Assembly: GCA_963754875.1 (NCBI GenBank)
Contig: CAVWHO010000005.1
Coordinates: 68,167 to 132,166 of the forward strand
Direction of reading: 5' to 3'
Length of the DNA: 64,000 bases
Source of the DNA: Nitrospirota bacterium
GTDB lineage: Bacteria > Nitrospirota > UBA9217
Positions 31,145 to 42,105 of this stretch are shown one piece after another (positions within the stretch are counted from its first letter, which is position 1; every line of letters starts with the position of its first letter). The notes under the pieces were generated by a model that searched no databases, was not told where the DNA came from, and was given only the letters and a program-made list of their open reading frames with translations. Position numbers and translations under genes: made by a program.

Positions 31145-33817
31145 TTATATCTTCTCGATCCGCACTGCAGAGACCTTGAACGAAGGGATCTTGGCCACGG
31201 GATCGAGCGCGGTGCTGCTCGTGAGCACGTTGGCGGCAGCTTCCCTGAAGTGGAAGGGGATGAAAACGAGCCCCTTCTGCAGTTTCTTGGTCACCATCGC
31301 CTTGAGTGTAATAGAGCCCCGGCGCGAACTGACCTTCACTGATGCCCCTCCGTCGATGTTGAGCGCCCGCGCGTCTTCAGGATTGATCTCAATAAAGGCT
31401 TCCGGAGACACGATATCGATCGGCTTGACTCTTCTCGTCATAGTGCCGGTATGGTACTGGAAGAGCGTCCTGCCCGTGGTGAGCAGGAACGGGTAGTCCT
31501 TGTCCGTGGCCTCATGCGAGGGTTTGTAGTGCACGAGGGTGAATCTTCCGTTCCCCCGGGGGAAGCCTCCCTTAAACAGGAACTGCGTACCCGGATGGTC
31601 CGGCGTTGGGCACGGCCACTGGAGGCCGCCGTCTTCGAGACGGGTATAACTCATTCCTGCAAGAGCCGGCCATGCCTGGCCTATCTCGCGGAATACTTCA
31701 TCGGTGTGATTGTAGGGCATTTCATATCCCATGCGCTTTGAGAGCTCCATGATGATAAGCGAATCCTTCATGGCGCTTCCCGGAGGATTGACAGCCCTCC
31801 TGACACGCTGAACACGCCGTTCCGTGTTCGTAAACGTACCGACCTTCTCAGCAAACGAGCTTGCAGGCAATACCACGTGGGCCAGTTCGGCCGTATCGGT
31901 CATGAAGATGTCCTGCACCACCAGAAAGTCGAGAGCCTTGAGCGCCTTGATCGTATGGGTACTGTTCGGGTCCGAGATCACAGGGTTTTCTCCCATGATA
32001 TACAGAGCTTTGAGAACGCCCTTTTCAGCTGCCGGGATCATCTCCGTGGCGGTCATGCCGTCCTTATCGGACAGCTTCACCTTCCAAAGGGCCTCGAACT
32101 TCTCCCGGATAGCCGGGGTCGTCACGCGCTGGTACCCGGGGTACATGTTTGGGGTGCAGCCCATGTCCGTGGATCCCTGCACATTGTTCTGGCCGCGCAG
32201 CGGGTTCACTCCCGCGCTCGCTTTGCCGAGGTTCCCGGTCATGAGAGCCAGGTTGGCGATCGAAAACACATTTTCCGTACCGTGTGCATGCTGGGTAATG
32301 CCCATGGTATAGTAAATGCCGGCCCGTTTTCCTTTTGCGTACAGCCGCGCAGCGTTGACAATCAGATCTTTTGGCACCCCGGTGATCTTCTCGGTCACCT
32401 CAGGTGTATATTCGGCGAGGTTCTTCCGGAATTCTTCATCGAAGCCCTCGGTCTGCGTATCGATGAAATCGCAGTTAATGAGGTCCTCGGCAAGGATCAC
32501 GTGCATCATGCCATTTAGGAGCGCAACGTCGGTACCGGGCCGGTGCTGCAGCCAGACATCGGCGAACCTGACGAGCGGCACACGCCGAGGGTCTGCGATG
32601 ATGATCTTCGCGCCCTTGCGCTTGGCCTTGATCATTCTGAGTGCTACGATGGGGTGGCTCTCTTTGGTATTCGAACCGATGACGAACAGGACGTCGTTGT
32701 TTTCGATCTCGGCAATGGAATTCGTCATCGCCCCGGAACCGAACACAGTGGCCAGACCGGCCACAGTCGAGCTGTGTCAGAGGCGCGCGCAGTGGTCGAC
32801 ATTGTTCGTGCCAATCCCCGCGCGCATGAATTTCTGGAACAGGTAATTCTCTTCGTTCGTACATCGTGCAGACGACAGACCGCCGATTGCGTCGGGACCG
32901 TGCTTGCTCTTGATGGCGCTGAGTTTTTCGGCAATGTATCCAAATGCCTCGTCCCAGGACGCCTCGACAAACTTCCCATTCTTCTTGATGAGCGGCGTCT
33001 TGAGCCGGTCCGGACTATTGATGAAGCTGAACCCGAACCGTCCTTTGACGCAGAGCCAGCCTTCGTTGATCGTGTCCCTGCGCGACGTAACGCGGAGCAC
33101 TTCGTTTCTGCTCACGTGCAAGGTAAGGTTGCACCCGCAGCCGCAGTAGGGGCAAATGGTCTCAACCTGCTTTACGTCCTTCTGCCTGCCTTTGCCCAAA
33201 GACTGCTTGCCCATGAGTGCACCCGTGGGGCAGACACTGACGCACTGACCGCAGAACTCGCAGTCCAGATCTTTTTCGAACGGTGTGGAGACTTTGGCCA
33301 CGAATCCGCGGCTGGAGATGTCGATTGCGCCGAACCCCTGGATTTCCTCGCACACGCGCACGCATTTGCCGCAGAGGATGCACTTCTCCATGTCGCGCTC
33401 GATGAACGGGTTAGCGTCCTTTTTCGTGTACGTCCTGCGTTCTCCGGCAAAACGGTTCGTCCGGATTTCGTAGAAATACGCAAGTTCCTGGAGCGTGCAA
33501 TCGCCCGCCCGTTCGCATACCATGCAGTCGTTGGGATGGTCGGACAACAGAAGTTCGACGATCGTGCGGCGCTGGCGTTCGATCAGGTCGTTCGAGGTTT
33601 CAACCTCCATGCCCTCGGTCACCGGCGTCGTGCACGCAGTCACCGGACGGGGCATGCCCTTGATTTGCACCAGGCACAGCCGGCAGCCGCCGTGGGGCTC
33701 AAGCCGGGGGTCGTCGCACAAAGTCGGAATGTAGATATCGTTCCGTCGTGCTGCATCAAGAACGGTTACGCCGTTCGGTACTGTTATTTTCTTTCCGTTT
33801 ATAGAGAGATTCGACAT
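31145..33817 (-). CDS. fdhF: Selenocysteine-containing formate dehydrogenase alpha subunit with NuoG-like N-terminal Fe-S domains
   Basis: Two track ORFs join in frame through TGA 32777-32779: NNVDHCARL-U-HSSTVAGL; CPYCGCGC, PLRGQNNVQG, VVQDIFMT, C-terminal molybdopterin-binding domain. Confidence 0.93.
32748..32764 (-). promoter_or_regulatory. Bacterial SECIS element of fdh
   Basis: GTGGCC-GGTCT-GGCCAC hairpin 12 nt after UGA, same position and GGTCT loop as the E. coli fdhF SECIS. Confidence 0.8.
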
Positions 33818-33819
33818 AA

Positions 33820-35598
33820 TTACCCTTTTTTAATCGCCTTGAACTTGCAGGTCTCGAAGCAGGCGCCGCACTTGATGCAAATGTCCTGGATGATCTTGTG
33901 GGGCTTTTTCTTCTCGCCGATAATGGCCCCGGCGGGGCAGACGCGGCTGCAGGCCGTACAGCCCTTGCAGAACTCTTCGAGGATGCTGTACGAGAGAAGG
34001 TCCTTGCACACGCCGGCAGGACAGCGTTTCTCGTAGATGTGCGCTTCGTACTCGTCCCGGTAATATTTGATCGTGGAAAGGATCGGATTCGGAGCTGATT
34101 GCCCCAGGCCGCAAAGCGACGAGGTCTTCACGTCGCTGCTCAAGGTTTCGAGGAGTTCGATATCGCCCTCCCTGCCCCTGCCCTCGGTGATCCTGGTCAG
34201 GATCTCGAGAAGCCGCTTGGTGCCGACGCGACAGGGCACGCATTTACCGCATGACTCGGACTGCGTAAATTGGAGGAAGTACTTGGCAACGTTGACCATG
34301 CAGTCGGTCTCGTCCAGGACGACCATACCGCCGGATCCCATGATGGACCCGACCCTACCGAGCGATTCGTAATCCAGCGTCGTATCGATGATGCTCGCCG
34401 GAATGCAGCCGCCCGACGGCCCTCCGGTCTGGACCGCCTTGAGTTTCCTGCCGCCCTCGATGCCGCCGCCGATGTCGTAGATCACTTCTTTAAGGGGGAT
34501 ACCCATCGGCACTTCGATGAGGCCGGAGTTCAGGATCTTGCCGGTGAGCGCGAAGACCTTTGTACCTTTGCTCTTCTCCGTTCCCATTCCCGCATACCAC
34601 GAAGCCCCTTTGCGCATGATGTAGGGCACGTTCGCAAGCGTTTCAACGTTATTAATGATGGTCGGATATCCCCAGAGGCCCTTTTGGACCGGAAACGGCG
34701 GCTTTGCTCTCGGCTGGCCGCGCTTGCCTTCGATAGAAGCGATCAGTGCCGTCTCTTCTCCGCACACAAAGGCCCCGGCGCCGAGCTTTACTTTGATCGT
34801 GAAATCGAAACCTCTGCCGAGAATATTCTTGCCGAGAAAGCCCCGTTCTTTCGCCTGCTTGATAGCGAGGTGGAGGCGTTCCACGGCAAGCGGATACTCC
34901 GCCCTGATATAGACATAGCCGTAGGGTGCTCCGATGGCATATGCACCGATGATCATGCCCTCGATCACCGCATGGGGATTTCCCTCGACGACCGAACGGT
35001 CCATGAAGGCTCCCGGGTCTCCCTCGTCGGCGTTGCAGATAAGGTACTTGATGGGACCGGGTGCCTTGATCGCCATGTCCCATTTCGTTCCCGTAGAGAA
35101 GCCCGCACCGCCCCGCCCGCGAAGTCCGGAAGCCTTGATGACCTCGATGATCTCCTGCGGAGCCATGGTCGCAAGCACTTTCTTCGTCGCTTCGTACCCG
35201 CCCCGCCCGATATAGGAATCGATGTCCTCGGGGTCAACCTCGCCGCAGTCCGAAAGCACAACCTTGACTTGTTTGTTGTGGAAGGTGTGGTAGTCGTCCT
35301 TCACGAGCCATTCGGCGACCGGCGATCCGCCAACGATGTGCTCATTTACGATCCGATCAACCATGTCCGGTTTGATATACTGGTAGGTCGACTTGCTGCC
35401 GTTGATAATCACATCAACGAGCACGTCGCGTGCGCAGAAGCCCCGGCACCCAACTTTGTGCAGGGAGCAGTTTTTCTCTACCGAGGCCTGGATACCCGCT
35501 GCGGAAAAAGCGTTCTCGAAGGAGGACATTACCCCCACGCCACCTGCTGCGATTCCACCGGTGCCCATACAAACTTTTATGAAGACGTCTTTATCCAT
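33820..35598 (-). CDS. NuoF/HydB-like NADH-binding flavoprotein subunit
   Basis: N-terminal thioredoxin-like 2Fe-2S domain, GLRGRGGAGF, NADEGDPGAFMDR, GGPSGG, ESCGKCVPCR, C-terminal 2x[4Fe-4S]. Confidence 0.93.
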   Translation of the reverse strand: MDKDVFIKVCMGTGGIAAGGVGVMSSFENAFSAAGIQASVEKNCSLHKVGCRGFCARDVLVDVIINGSKSTYQYIKPDMVDRIVNEHIVGGSPVAEWLVKDDYHTFHNKQVKVVLSDCGEVDPEDIDSYIGRGGYEATKKVLATMAPQEIIEVIKASGLRGRGGAGFSTGTKWDMAIKAPGPIKYLICNADEGDPGAFMDRSVVEGNPHAVIEGMIIGAYAIGAPYGYVYIRAEYPLAVERLHLAIKQAKERGFLGKNILGRGFDFTIKVKLGAGAFVCGEETALIASIEGKRGQPRAKPPFPVQKGLWGYPTIINNVETLANVPYIMRKGASWYAGMGTEKSKGTKVFALTGKILNSGLIEVPMGIPLKEVIYDIGGGIEGGRKLKAVQTGGPSGGCIPASIIDTTLDYESLGRVGSIMGSGGMVVLDETDCMVNVAKYFLQFTQSESCGKCVPCRVGTKRLLEILTRITEGRGREGDIELLETLSSDVKTSSLCGLGQSAPNPILSTIKYYRDEYEAHIYEKRCPAGVCKDLLSYSILEEFCKGCTACSRVCPAGAIIGEKKKPHKIIQDICIKCGACFETCKFKAIKKG

Positions 35599-35663
35599 CT
35601 AAAACTCCGATATGAGAGCGAAATTGCAGAATCTTCAAAAGCGTTGGCTCTTAATAAAATAAG

Positions 35664-36209
35664 TCAGTAATCCGCCACAATGCTGCCTGTTAACGGTATC
35701 GAGTTAAAAGCCGGCATGTTGGATGCAGGCTGCCTTACTGGCCCCCCGTCTCTCCTGCTTTCAGGGTTCTTCATCTCTTTCATGAGATGGTCCGACGTCA
35801 TTTTGCCGTGAACGGTCTTATTAATGATGATGACCGGCGCAATGCTGCATGCACCTACACAATTGACTTTCTCCACGGTAAACTTGAGATCTTCGGACGT
35901 ATCTTCGCCTGCAGGAATAGCCAGCTCTTTGAGCAGGCTGTTGATCAGCCGCTCGGAACCCTTGACGTGGCATGCCGTACCGCAGCACGCGGTGATCACG
36001 TTCTTGCCCTTGGGTTTGAGATGAAACTGCGCATAGAATGTGGCGATCCCGTAGAATTTCGCCGGCGGCACATCGAGCCGCTCGGAAAACCAGTAGATCG
36101 CGTCCTCGCGAAGATAGCCGAATTCATTCTCGATATCCTGCAGGATCGAGATGAGGTTTCCTTCGTTTTCCCGGTATCTCCCGAGTATTTGTTCCAGTTG
36201 TTCTTCCAT
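35664..36209 (-). CDS. NuoE/HydC-like 2Fe-2S subunit
   Basis: ATFYAQF, CCGTACHVKG, VNCVGACSIAP; the extreme C-terminus may be shifted by a +1 error. Confidence 0.92.
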   Translation of the reverse strand: MEEQLEQILGRYRENEGNLISILQDIENEFGYLREDAIYWFSERLDVPPAKFYGIATFYAQFHLKPKGKNVITACCGTACHVKGSERLINSLLKELAIPAGEDTSEDLKFTVEKVNCVGACSIAPVIIINKTVHGKMTSDHLMKEMKNPESRRDGGPVRQPASNMPAFNSIPLTGSIVADY

Positions 36210-36323
36210 CGTTCATCCTCTTGAGACAAAAAAGGCCGCCATCAATATGAATCCGGCAGCCGCGTCTGAGCTTTGCCCTACCGTGGTCGTGGATGTGCCT
36301 ATAGTACGCACCCGGCCTTCGAG

Positions 36324-36350
36324 AAATAAGGCGCCCCCGAAGGGGCGCCT
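36324..36350 (-). terminator. Hairpin/terminator after acsB
   Basis: AGGCGCCCC-TTCG-GGGGCGCCT followed by TATTT. Confidence 0.7.
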
Positions 36351-36373
36351 GAAGATACGAGCAGCTTTTGGAA

Positions 36374-38575
36374 TTAGAACATCGAATCCATCGTGAGCGC
36401 CGGATGGCCTTTTTCGGTAAGGTATGCCATCAACTTTTCCGAATCCTCAGCCACCGTCTCGTCCGCGATCTTGTCGAGGAGATCGGGTACGCCTTCTTCC
36501 TCGCCTCGCTTCTTAAACTGCTCCGCAAAGGACTCCTTGAGGTTCTTGGTCATCCAGACGATGCGCTTGAACCCGCCTTCGGCGGAGAGGAACTTGTTGC
36601 TCGTGAGGAAGTACCGTCCGATGCCCATGAAGCCCGGGCTCTGCGCTCCGCCGCCGACAGTGCCGGCAAGGGTCGAGAACTTCATGCCGATGGGTGTCAT
36701 TCCCGTGTAGCCCCGGTTCACCACCATGACCCCGTTGGCCTCCGGCACGATCGCCACGATGCATTCGAAGCATCCGCACGAGGTCATCGGTGCGTCCATG
36801 ATGCTGTAGGCGTTGAAGTATTCGAGTGCCTGGTGGGAATTCTTGTACACGTAATCGTCCACCCCGGCCCAGCGTCCCTTCACCGCGTCCTTCGTTTCAC
36901 CCTTCAGGACAGGCTGGTTTGCGCCGTTCGGGTCGATCTCGAAGGCCGCCTTGGCATCGAGCCAGTTGTACGCTCCGCAGAGGCCGAGCCGTTCCGGCGA
37001 TACGACGCAGACATGGTTCGGCGCAAAGCTCTGGCAGAGGATGCAGGAGTAGAAGGTGTCCACTGACTCGTCCGTCATGGATGCGAGGCGTACGTCGCGC
37101 TCGAGATACGCTTTCTGGGCATCGTCGAGCAGCTTCTTGACATCGGCATCATCCACGTAGAGGGTCACCTGGACCTTGTCGACGATATTGTTGAACTTGT
37201 GCTTGAGCTGGGTCGTGAGGATGTCGCCGAAGTGCTTGAGCACGAAGCCTTCCTTGAGGGCGTTAATGCTGACCCGGAGCCAGTTCTGGTCGCGCTGACC
37301 CATGTGCCAGACGCCCTGCGCTTCGTTGACGAAATGGTGGATCTTGCGCTCGAGCACCGGCTCGAAGTCCTTCTGCATCTTGCGGCCTGCGACCTCGATG
37401 AGGATGCCCAGTGGCATCTGGCCGCCCTTCTGGTACCGGGCCTCGGCGTCCTTGCCGACGATGGTCACCTTGCCGTCCTCGACCTTGTCGAGGTCTGCGG
37501 TACGGAGCCATTCGAAGGCCGGCGTGCGCTGGCCGCCGAATTCGACGTGCATGTCTTCCTTGCGGATGCGTTCGCCCTCGAACGCGGGGCCGAAGGCCAC
37601 CGGGATCGGCGGCTTCGAGACGGTGATCTTGAGACCGCGCACCTCGAAGCATCGCTGAATGAGCTTCTTGGGGTCGAGCTCTTTCTCCACTTCTTCGTAG
37701 ATCGTCACGCCGGTCGGATGGACCACTGGGATGTCCGTGTTCGCGATCGCCGGGAAGCCCATGTTGATGGCGCCCGCGCCCGTGGTCCAGATCCGGTCAT
37801 TAAGCGGCCCCAGCACCATGGCAAAGGCAAACACCTTGTCCTTGGAGTATTTCAGGATCTTCTTGTAGTCTCCACCCTTCATGCCGCCGAAGGTGATTCC
37901 GGCGCGGGCGGCCCAGTTCAGGGCGTAGATGGCATGCTCCACTTCCGGACCGAGAGGAACAAGGCGGGTGTCCCAGCCGAGCTGGACGCCTTTGCGCAGG
38001 AGCTGCTTCGTAAAACTATTGCCGTTCACGTTGCCGCACATGAGGGTGAGGATGTTCTTCTGCTGGAGATCCCGGGCCATCTCGAGGGCCTGTTCGTCGC
38101 TGTCCGCTGCACCGATGATGCAGACGTAACCGGGCATAGACCCGTCCACGAGCTGGACACCGAGGTTCCGGAGGATCGTGTCGGAAATAAATCCGTTATA
38201 GGTGAGGCCGATGGAATCGTCCTTCACCGGCTCCTGGCCGTAAATGTAGCGGATGGCCATGATCATCTCCTGGGCAAAGAGGGCCGCCATACCGGCATCC
38301 AGGGCTTCTCCAAGAAACGGCTTGTACAGTTTGTCATCGGGTACGTTCGTAAGGAGCGGCTTCACATGCTTCTCAAGGGCGGTCTTCATGTCCCCGACCG
38401 TTCTCACCTCAAACCCGGTCATGGTGAACATCTGCGGAAGGAAATAGGCTGTGTCCGGAAATTCGAACTTGAAATCCGCGCCTTTTTCGCTGATGGCCTT
38501 CTCAACGAGGGCTTCTGCCTGCTTGACGTAATAGTGCGAGCCAAGTATGGCTCCAGTGGCAATGATCTTTGACAT
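36374..38575 (-). CDS. acsB: Acetyl-CoA synthase (CODH/ACS beta subunit, bacterial type)
   Basis: FPDTAY, GPAFEGERIRK, FYSCILCQSFAPNHVCVVSPERLGLCGAYNWLD, PMTSCGCFECI (A-cluster). Confidence 0.96.
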   Translation of the reverse strand: MSKIIATGAILGSHYYVKQAEALVEKAISEKGADFKFEFPDTAYFLPQMFTMTGFEVRTVGDMKTALEKHVKPLLTNVPDDKLYKPFLGEALDAGMAALFAQEMIMAIRYIYGQEPVKDDSIGLTYNGFISDTILRNLGVQLVDGSMPGYVCIIGAADSDEQALEMARDLQQKNILTLMCGNVNGNSFTKQLLRKGVQLGWDTRLVPLGPEVEHAIYALNWAARAGITFGGMKGGDYKKILKYSKDKVFAFAMVLGPLNDRIWTTGAGAINMGFPAIANTDIPVVHPTGVTIYEEVEKELDPKKLIQRCFEVRGLKITVSKPPIPVAFGPAFEGERIRKEDMHVEFGGQRTPAFEWLRTADLDKVEDGKVTIVGKDAEARYQKGGQMPLGILIEVAGRKMQKDFEPVLERKIHHFVNEAQGVWHMGQRDQNWLRVSINALKEGFVLKHFGDILTTQLKHKFNNIVDKVQVTLYVDDADVKKLLDDAQKAYLERDVRLASMTDESVDTFYSCILCQSFAPNHVCVVSPERLGLCGAYNWLDAKAAFEIDPNGANQPVLKGETKDAVKGRWAGVDDYVYKNSHQALEYFNAYSIMDAPMTSCGCFECIVAIVPEANGVMVVNRGYTGMTPIGMKFSTLAGTVGGGAQSPGFMGIGRYFLTSNKFLSAEGGFKRIVWMTKNLKESFAEQFKKRGEEEGVPDLLDKIADETVAEDSEKLMAYLTEKGHPALTMDSMF

Positions 38576-38602
38576 GAGTCGCTCCTTTTAACGCATTTTT
38601 TC

Positions 38603-38681
38603 ACCGCGGAGTTCGCGGAGGTCGCGAGGACGTCACGAGTCGCCCAGATTTTCACTCTGTGCTCCCGGCGTCCTCTGCGGT
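38603..38681. repeat. Inverted 9-nt-period repeats between acsC and acsB
   Basis: ACCGCGGAG TTCGCGGAG GTCGCGAGG vs reverse complement ACCGCAGAG GACGCCGGG AGCACAGAG. Confidence 0.6.
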
Positions 38682-38691
38682 TGATGGCTGC

Positions 38692-40034
38692 TTACGCTCT
38701 TGCCTTCAGGAACGTCGGGAGCTGGTTCGCTTCCCGCGGTCCGACGGTGATCTTCCAGCCCGGGGAGCTTTTCCTCAAGCGCTCCCGAGAGGACGGCCAC
38801 GTACCCGGGAATGATGAGCTCCTTATGTTTGATATTCTTTTCCACGCCGCTGTCGGTGATGAATTGCGCGATCTTGCTTGCTGTAAACTTTCCAGCTGCC
38901 CAGGCCGTCAGCACCGACAGTCCCTCGTTGTCCATGACGGCTAGCCACGACGGCACCTTGCTGTTTTCGACTTCGCCCCGCACGATGAAGTAGGAGAGCG
39001 AGAAATTCGTGGTGATCATGAGCGGCGAGTTGTCCTTGGCGTCTCCGACCTTGTAAACGTTCTGCGCCACCTGCATCGGCACCTGCGGGTCGGTGTAGAT
39101 ATTCTGGCGCAGCGACAAGAGCGCGAGCATCTTCCATTTCTCGACATTGCTCAGAATGATGATAGAAGCATATTTCATCGTGCCGATGGCCGCGGCCATG
39201 GACTCGGACAGGGAATTGTCGCGGGTTGCAAACGATGATGACCGGGTATCCCAGGGGCTTGAAGTTCTTTTTGATGGCTGCACGGCGGATGATGGTAAAG
39301 TGCTCGATCATATCCTTGGCCTTGCGTGCGCCGGAATCGAGCACGAGATCGTCCACGCCCATGCCTTTCACTTTTTCGGAGAGCGCCGTCAGCGCGTCAA
39401 GACCGTCTGCGGCAACGGCGAGGGAGGCCTTCTTTTCCTTTGCGATCTTCGCCATGGCTTCTGCGTTCTCTGCAGTCGCGGCATAGATGAGAGGCTTTTT
39501 ATCGGCACAGTGCGCGATCCCGGCCTCGATGGTCGCGGGATTTTTGCTCACGAGGATGATTGGCACGCCCGGCGCACCGTCCACTACCTGTTTCACGACA
39601 GAAGCAAACTTCGCTGCATCGCCGCCTTCGTCGGTTATGGCAATGGCGTCCACCCGGAGCTTCTGCCCCACGCGGTCGATCTCGGAGGTGTTGACCGCAG
39701 CGATCTTCTTGGCAGCGGCATCGCCGGCTTCAGAGGCTTTGATCGCAACGGCAAACACGTTCGGGTTGAAAAACTTTTTCTCGTGACGGAACATGCAGAT
39801 CTCTTCGCCGACCTTCACGGCCTTCGTCCCCGTACCGAGGACAATGCCCCGGATCGGCGGTGCTGCTGATTCGCCCAGTATCTTCTTTGCATCCTCAGAC
39901 GCGTCCGGACAGGCATCGAGGCTTGCCTGCTTGGCTGCAAGCTTCATAGCGAAGGCGAGGCAGGTGGGATGCCCGCACTTCTTGCAGTTGGTCTTCGGTA
40001 AATGTTTGAATATTTCAACACCAGAGAGTGCCAT
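38692..40034 (-). CDS. acsC: Corrinoid iron-sulfur protein large subunit (two apparent +1 frameshifts, ~39230 and ~38761)
   Basis: LPKTNCKKCGHPTCLAFA, FRHEK, LRQNIYTDPQVPM, TTNFSLSYF, GLSVLTAWAAGKF; corrected end PGWKITVGPREANQLPTFLKARA*. Confidence 0.93.
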
Positions 40035-40138
40035 TTAAATGCTCCTTTCGGAATGAACCGCAAAAATTTTTATCGCTGGTTGGAAGAGTACTGGATAATT
40101 CCAATCCTTATTTTTTTTTGTGAACGTCCTGCTGGCAA

Positions 40139-41081
40139 CTACCCCATCAGTTCTGCGATCATCTCTTTGGCCTTTGCTGCCGCGCCAGGATGCCGCATGA
40201 TCAGCATATCAGCGCCTGCAGTGATCATGGCCGAGGCAGTTAGGGATTCCCAGGCCAGGGCCCGGTCCGCAAGGCCGCCCCATTCGGGGACTTCGGCGTC
40301 GGGAGCCATCGTTTCCTTCACCTTCCACACGTTCGCACCGATATCGCAGACAACGGGCGTCTGCATCATGGCATCGTTCTGCAGGAGTCCTGCCAGACGG
40401 ATACGCTCCATAACGCTGTACGTATATTCGAGGCCATATCCCAGAGCGGAAGACATGGGGTCCATGATGATCCGTTCCTTGTCGAATCCCATCTGGGTAA
40501 GCAGGATGTTTAACTGCTTCGCAAGGTTCACGTCAAGTTGGCTCATGGCGATCAGTTTGTGGTCATTGGCCATGGCTGCTGCGGCGATGGTTTTATAATT
40601 CTCTTCCACAGCTTTGCCGATGGCGCAGTTCTTTCCGCGCGTCGCTGCCGCTGCCGCCTGTAGTACCTGACTGTCCTTTTCCACGTGACCGCTGCCGAGA
40701 ATGAGGAGAGGGATGTCGATGGCTGCCGCGACCTCCGCAGCCGTCTTGGCAGCTTCTTCGACGCTTTTGTTTTTCTGGTCAGGGTGAGTGCCCATTAATC
40801 TGAGCGCAACGATGTCTGCGCCGTTCTGCTGGGCAGAACTTTGCCCACTGCACCGGATTAGCTGATACGCCGCCAACGGCTTTCTGCAGGGTATCAGGCC
40901 AATCGCTCGGTGCGATGTCCATGATCTCAAAGGCAACGGCAGGCTTGTTCGGGAACGTACCTTCAAATGCCAAAAACGGAAGTGCGCTCGCTCCGCCGAT
41001 GGTCACTGCTTTTGCGCCGGATCCAAGCTGCACGTTAAAGATTTTACCGCTGTAGGACTCTTTCGGAATTGTCAGTGCCAT
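40139..41081 (-). CDS. acsD: Corrinoid iron-sulfur protein small subunit (apparent +1 frameshift ~40832)
   Basis: IGGASALPFLAFEG joined to DVNLAKQLNILL...LGYGLEYTYSVMERIRL...MRHP. Confidence 0.92.
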
Positions 41082-41097
41082 GAAATCCTCCTCAAAA

Positions 41098-41116
41098 TTG
41101 TTACCTATAGTAACAA
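41098..41116. promoter_or_regulatory. Palindromic operator candidate upstream of acsD
   Basis: TTGTTAC-N5-GTAACAA perfect inverted repeat between a TATAAT (41120-41125, minus) and the RBS. Confidence 0.55.
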
Positions 41117-41231
41117 AATATTATACAGAGATCAACAGAAAAAAATACGCAAAATTAAAATTTTACAAGGCTTACTGTCAGAAGTTGAGCACCTTTCGCG
41201 TAGTTCTCCGTCATTTACATGCCGGACCAGA

Positions 41232-42020
41232 CTACATATCCAAATAAGAATGGGCATACATTGTCTTGCCCATGATCATCTCAACGGTCTTGACCGTATC
41301 CATCATGTCCTTGTCCAACGGATCGATGATGGCTGAGGTGAGTCCTTCATACATCAAAAGCGCTAGGAAGTTACGGTTGATGATGGGTCGCAAGGCCTTG
41401 GGCGCGCCGTTCGAGATGTTCGAAAGCCCCACCACGCTCTGCATGGGCGGATCGTTCAGGTCCTTGAACATCCTGACTGCACGGATTGCCTGCCTTCCCT
41501 GGTCCTGCATCGTGCAGACTTGGAGAATGAGAGGGTCAAGGAAGATGTTCTCCATGGGCACGCCATATTCCATGCCGCGCGCCATGATCTCGGCTGCGAT
41601 GCCGCAACGGTCCTCGGCATCGGCCGGAAGACCGCCCTTCCCGAGAGTGAGTGCGATGACTTTCGAGTTGTACTTGCCGGCCAGCTCCATCATGGGGAAC
41701 CGCTCGGGTTCGTTGGACGTAGAGTTGATGAGGGGAGTTCCCCACTGGTTGTTGTGCGCCTTGAGCCCCGCTTCCATAGCCTTCACGTTTGTCGTATCCA
41801 GGCAAAGCGGTTTTTCTACCACCTCCTGCACAACCTTAACGGCCCAGTCCATAAGCTCGGGACCATTTTCCTCGGCAGGGCCAATGGACACATCGATAAA
41901 ATGCGCGCCTGCTTTTGCCTGGGCTACGGCAAGTTCCTGAAGCGGCTTCGCATCGTGATTCGTAAGAGCCTCACGAACTTTTTTTGCCATAACACTGATT
42001 TTTTCTCCGATTACGATCAT
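41232..42020 (-). CDS. acsE: Methyltetrahydrofolate:corrinoid iron-sulfur protein methyltransferase
   Basis: MIVIGEKI, pterin-binding barrel (LCLDTTN, LINST, IFLDP, VVGLSNISNG), YAHSYL end; adjacent to acsD. Confidence 0.92.
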   Translation of the reverse strand: MIVIGEKISVMAKKVREALTNHDAKPLQELAVAQAKAGAHFIDVSIGPAEENGPELMDWAVKVVQEVVEKPLCLDTTNVKAMEAGLKAHNNQWGTPLINSTSNEPERFPMMELAGKYNSKVIALTLGKGGLPADAEDRCGIAAEIMARGMEYGVPMENIFLDPLILQVCTMQDQGRQAIRAVRMFKDLNDPPMQSVVGLSNISNGAPKALRPIINRNFLALLMYEGLTSAIIDPLDKDMMDTVKTVEMIMGKTMYAHSYLDM

Positions 42021-42105
42021 TTCAAAAAACCTCCTCTTTCATCGTATTCCTTGTTTACCTAAGGAAAAATTCTGTTAACACGTGTTTTGATTGGAACACT
42101 TCCAG

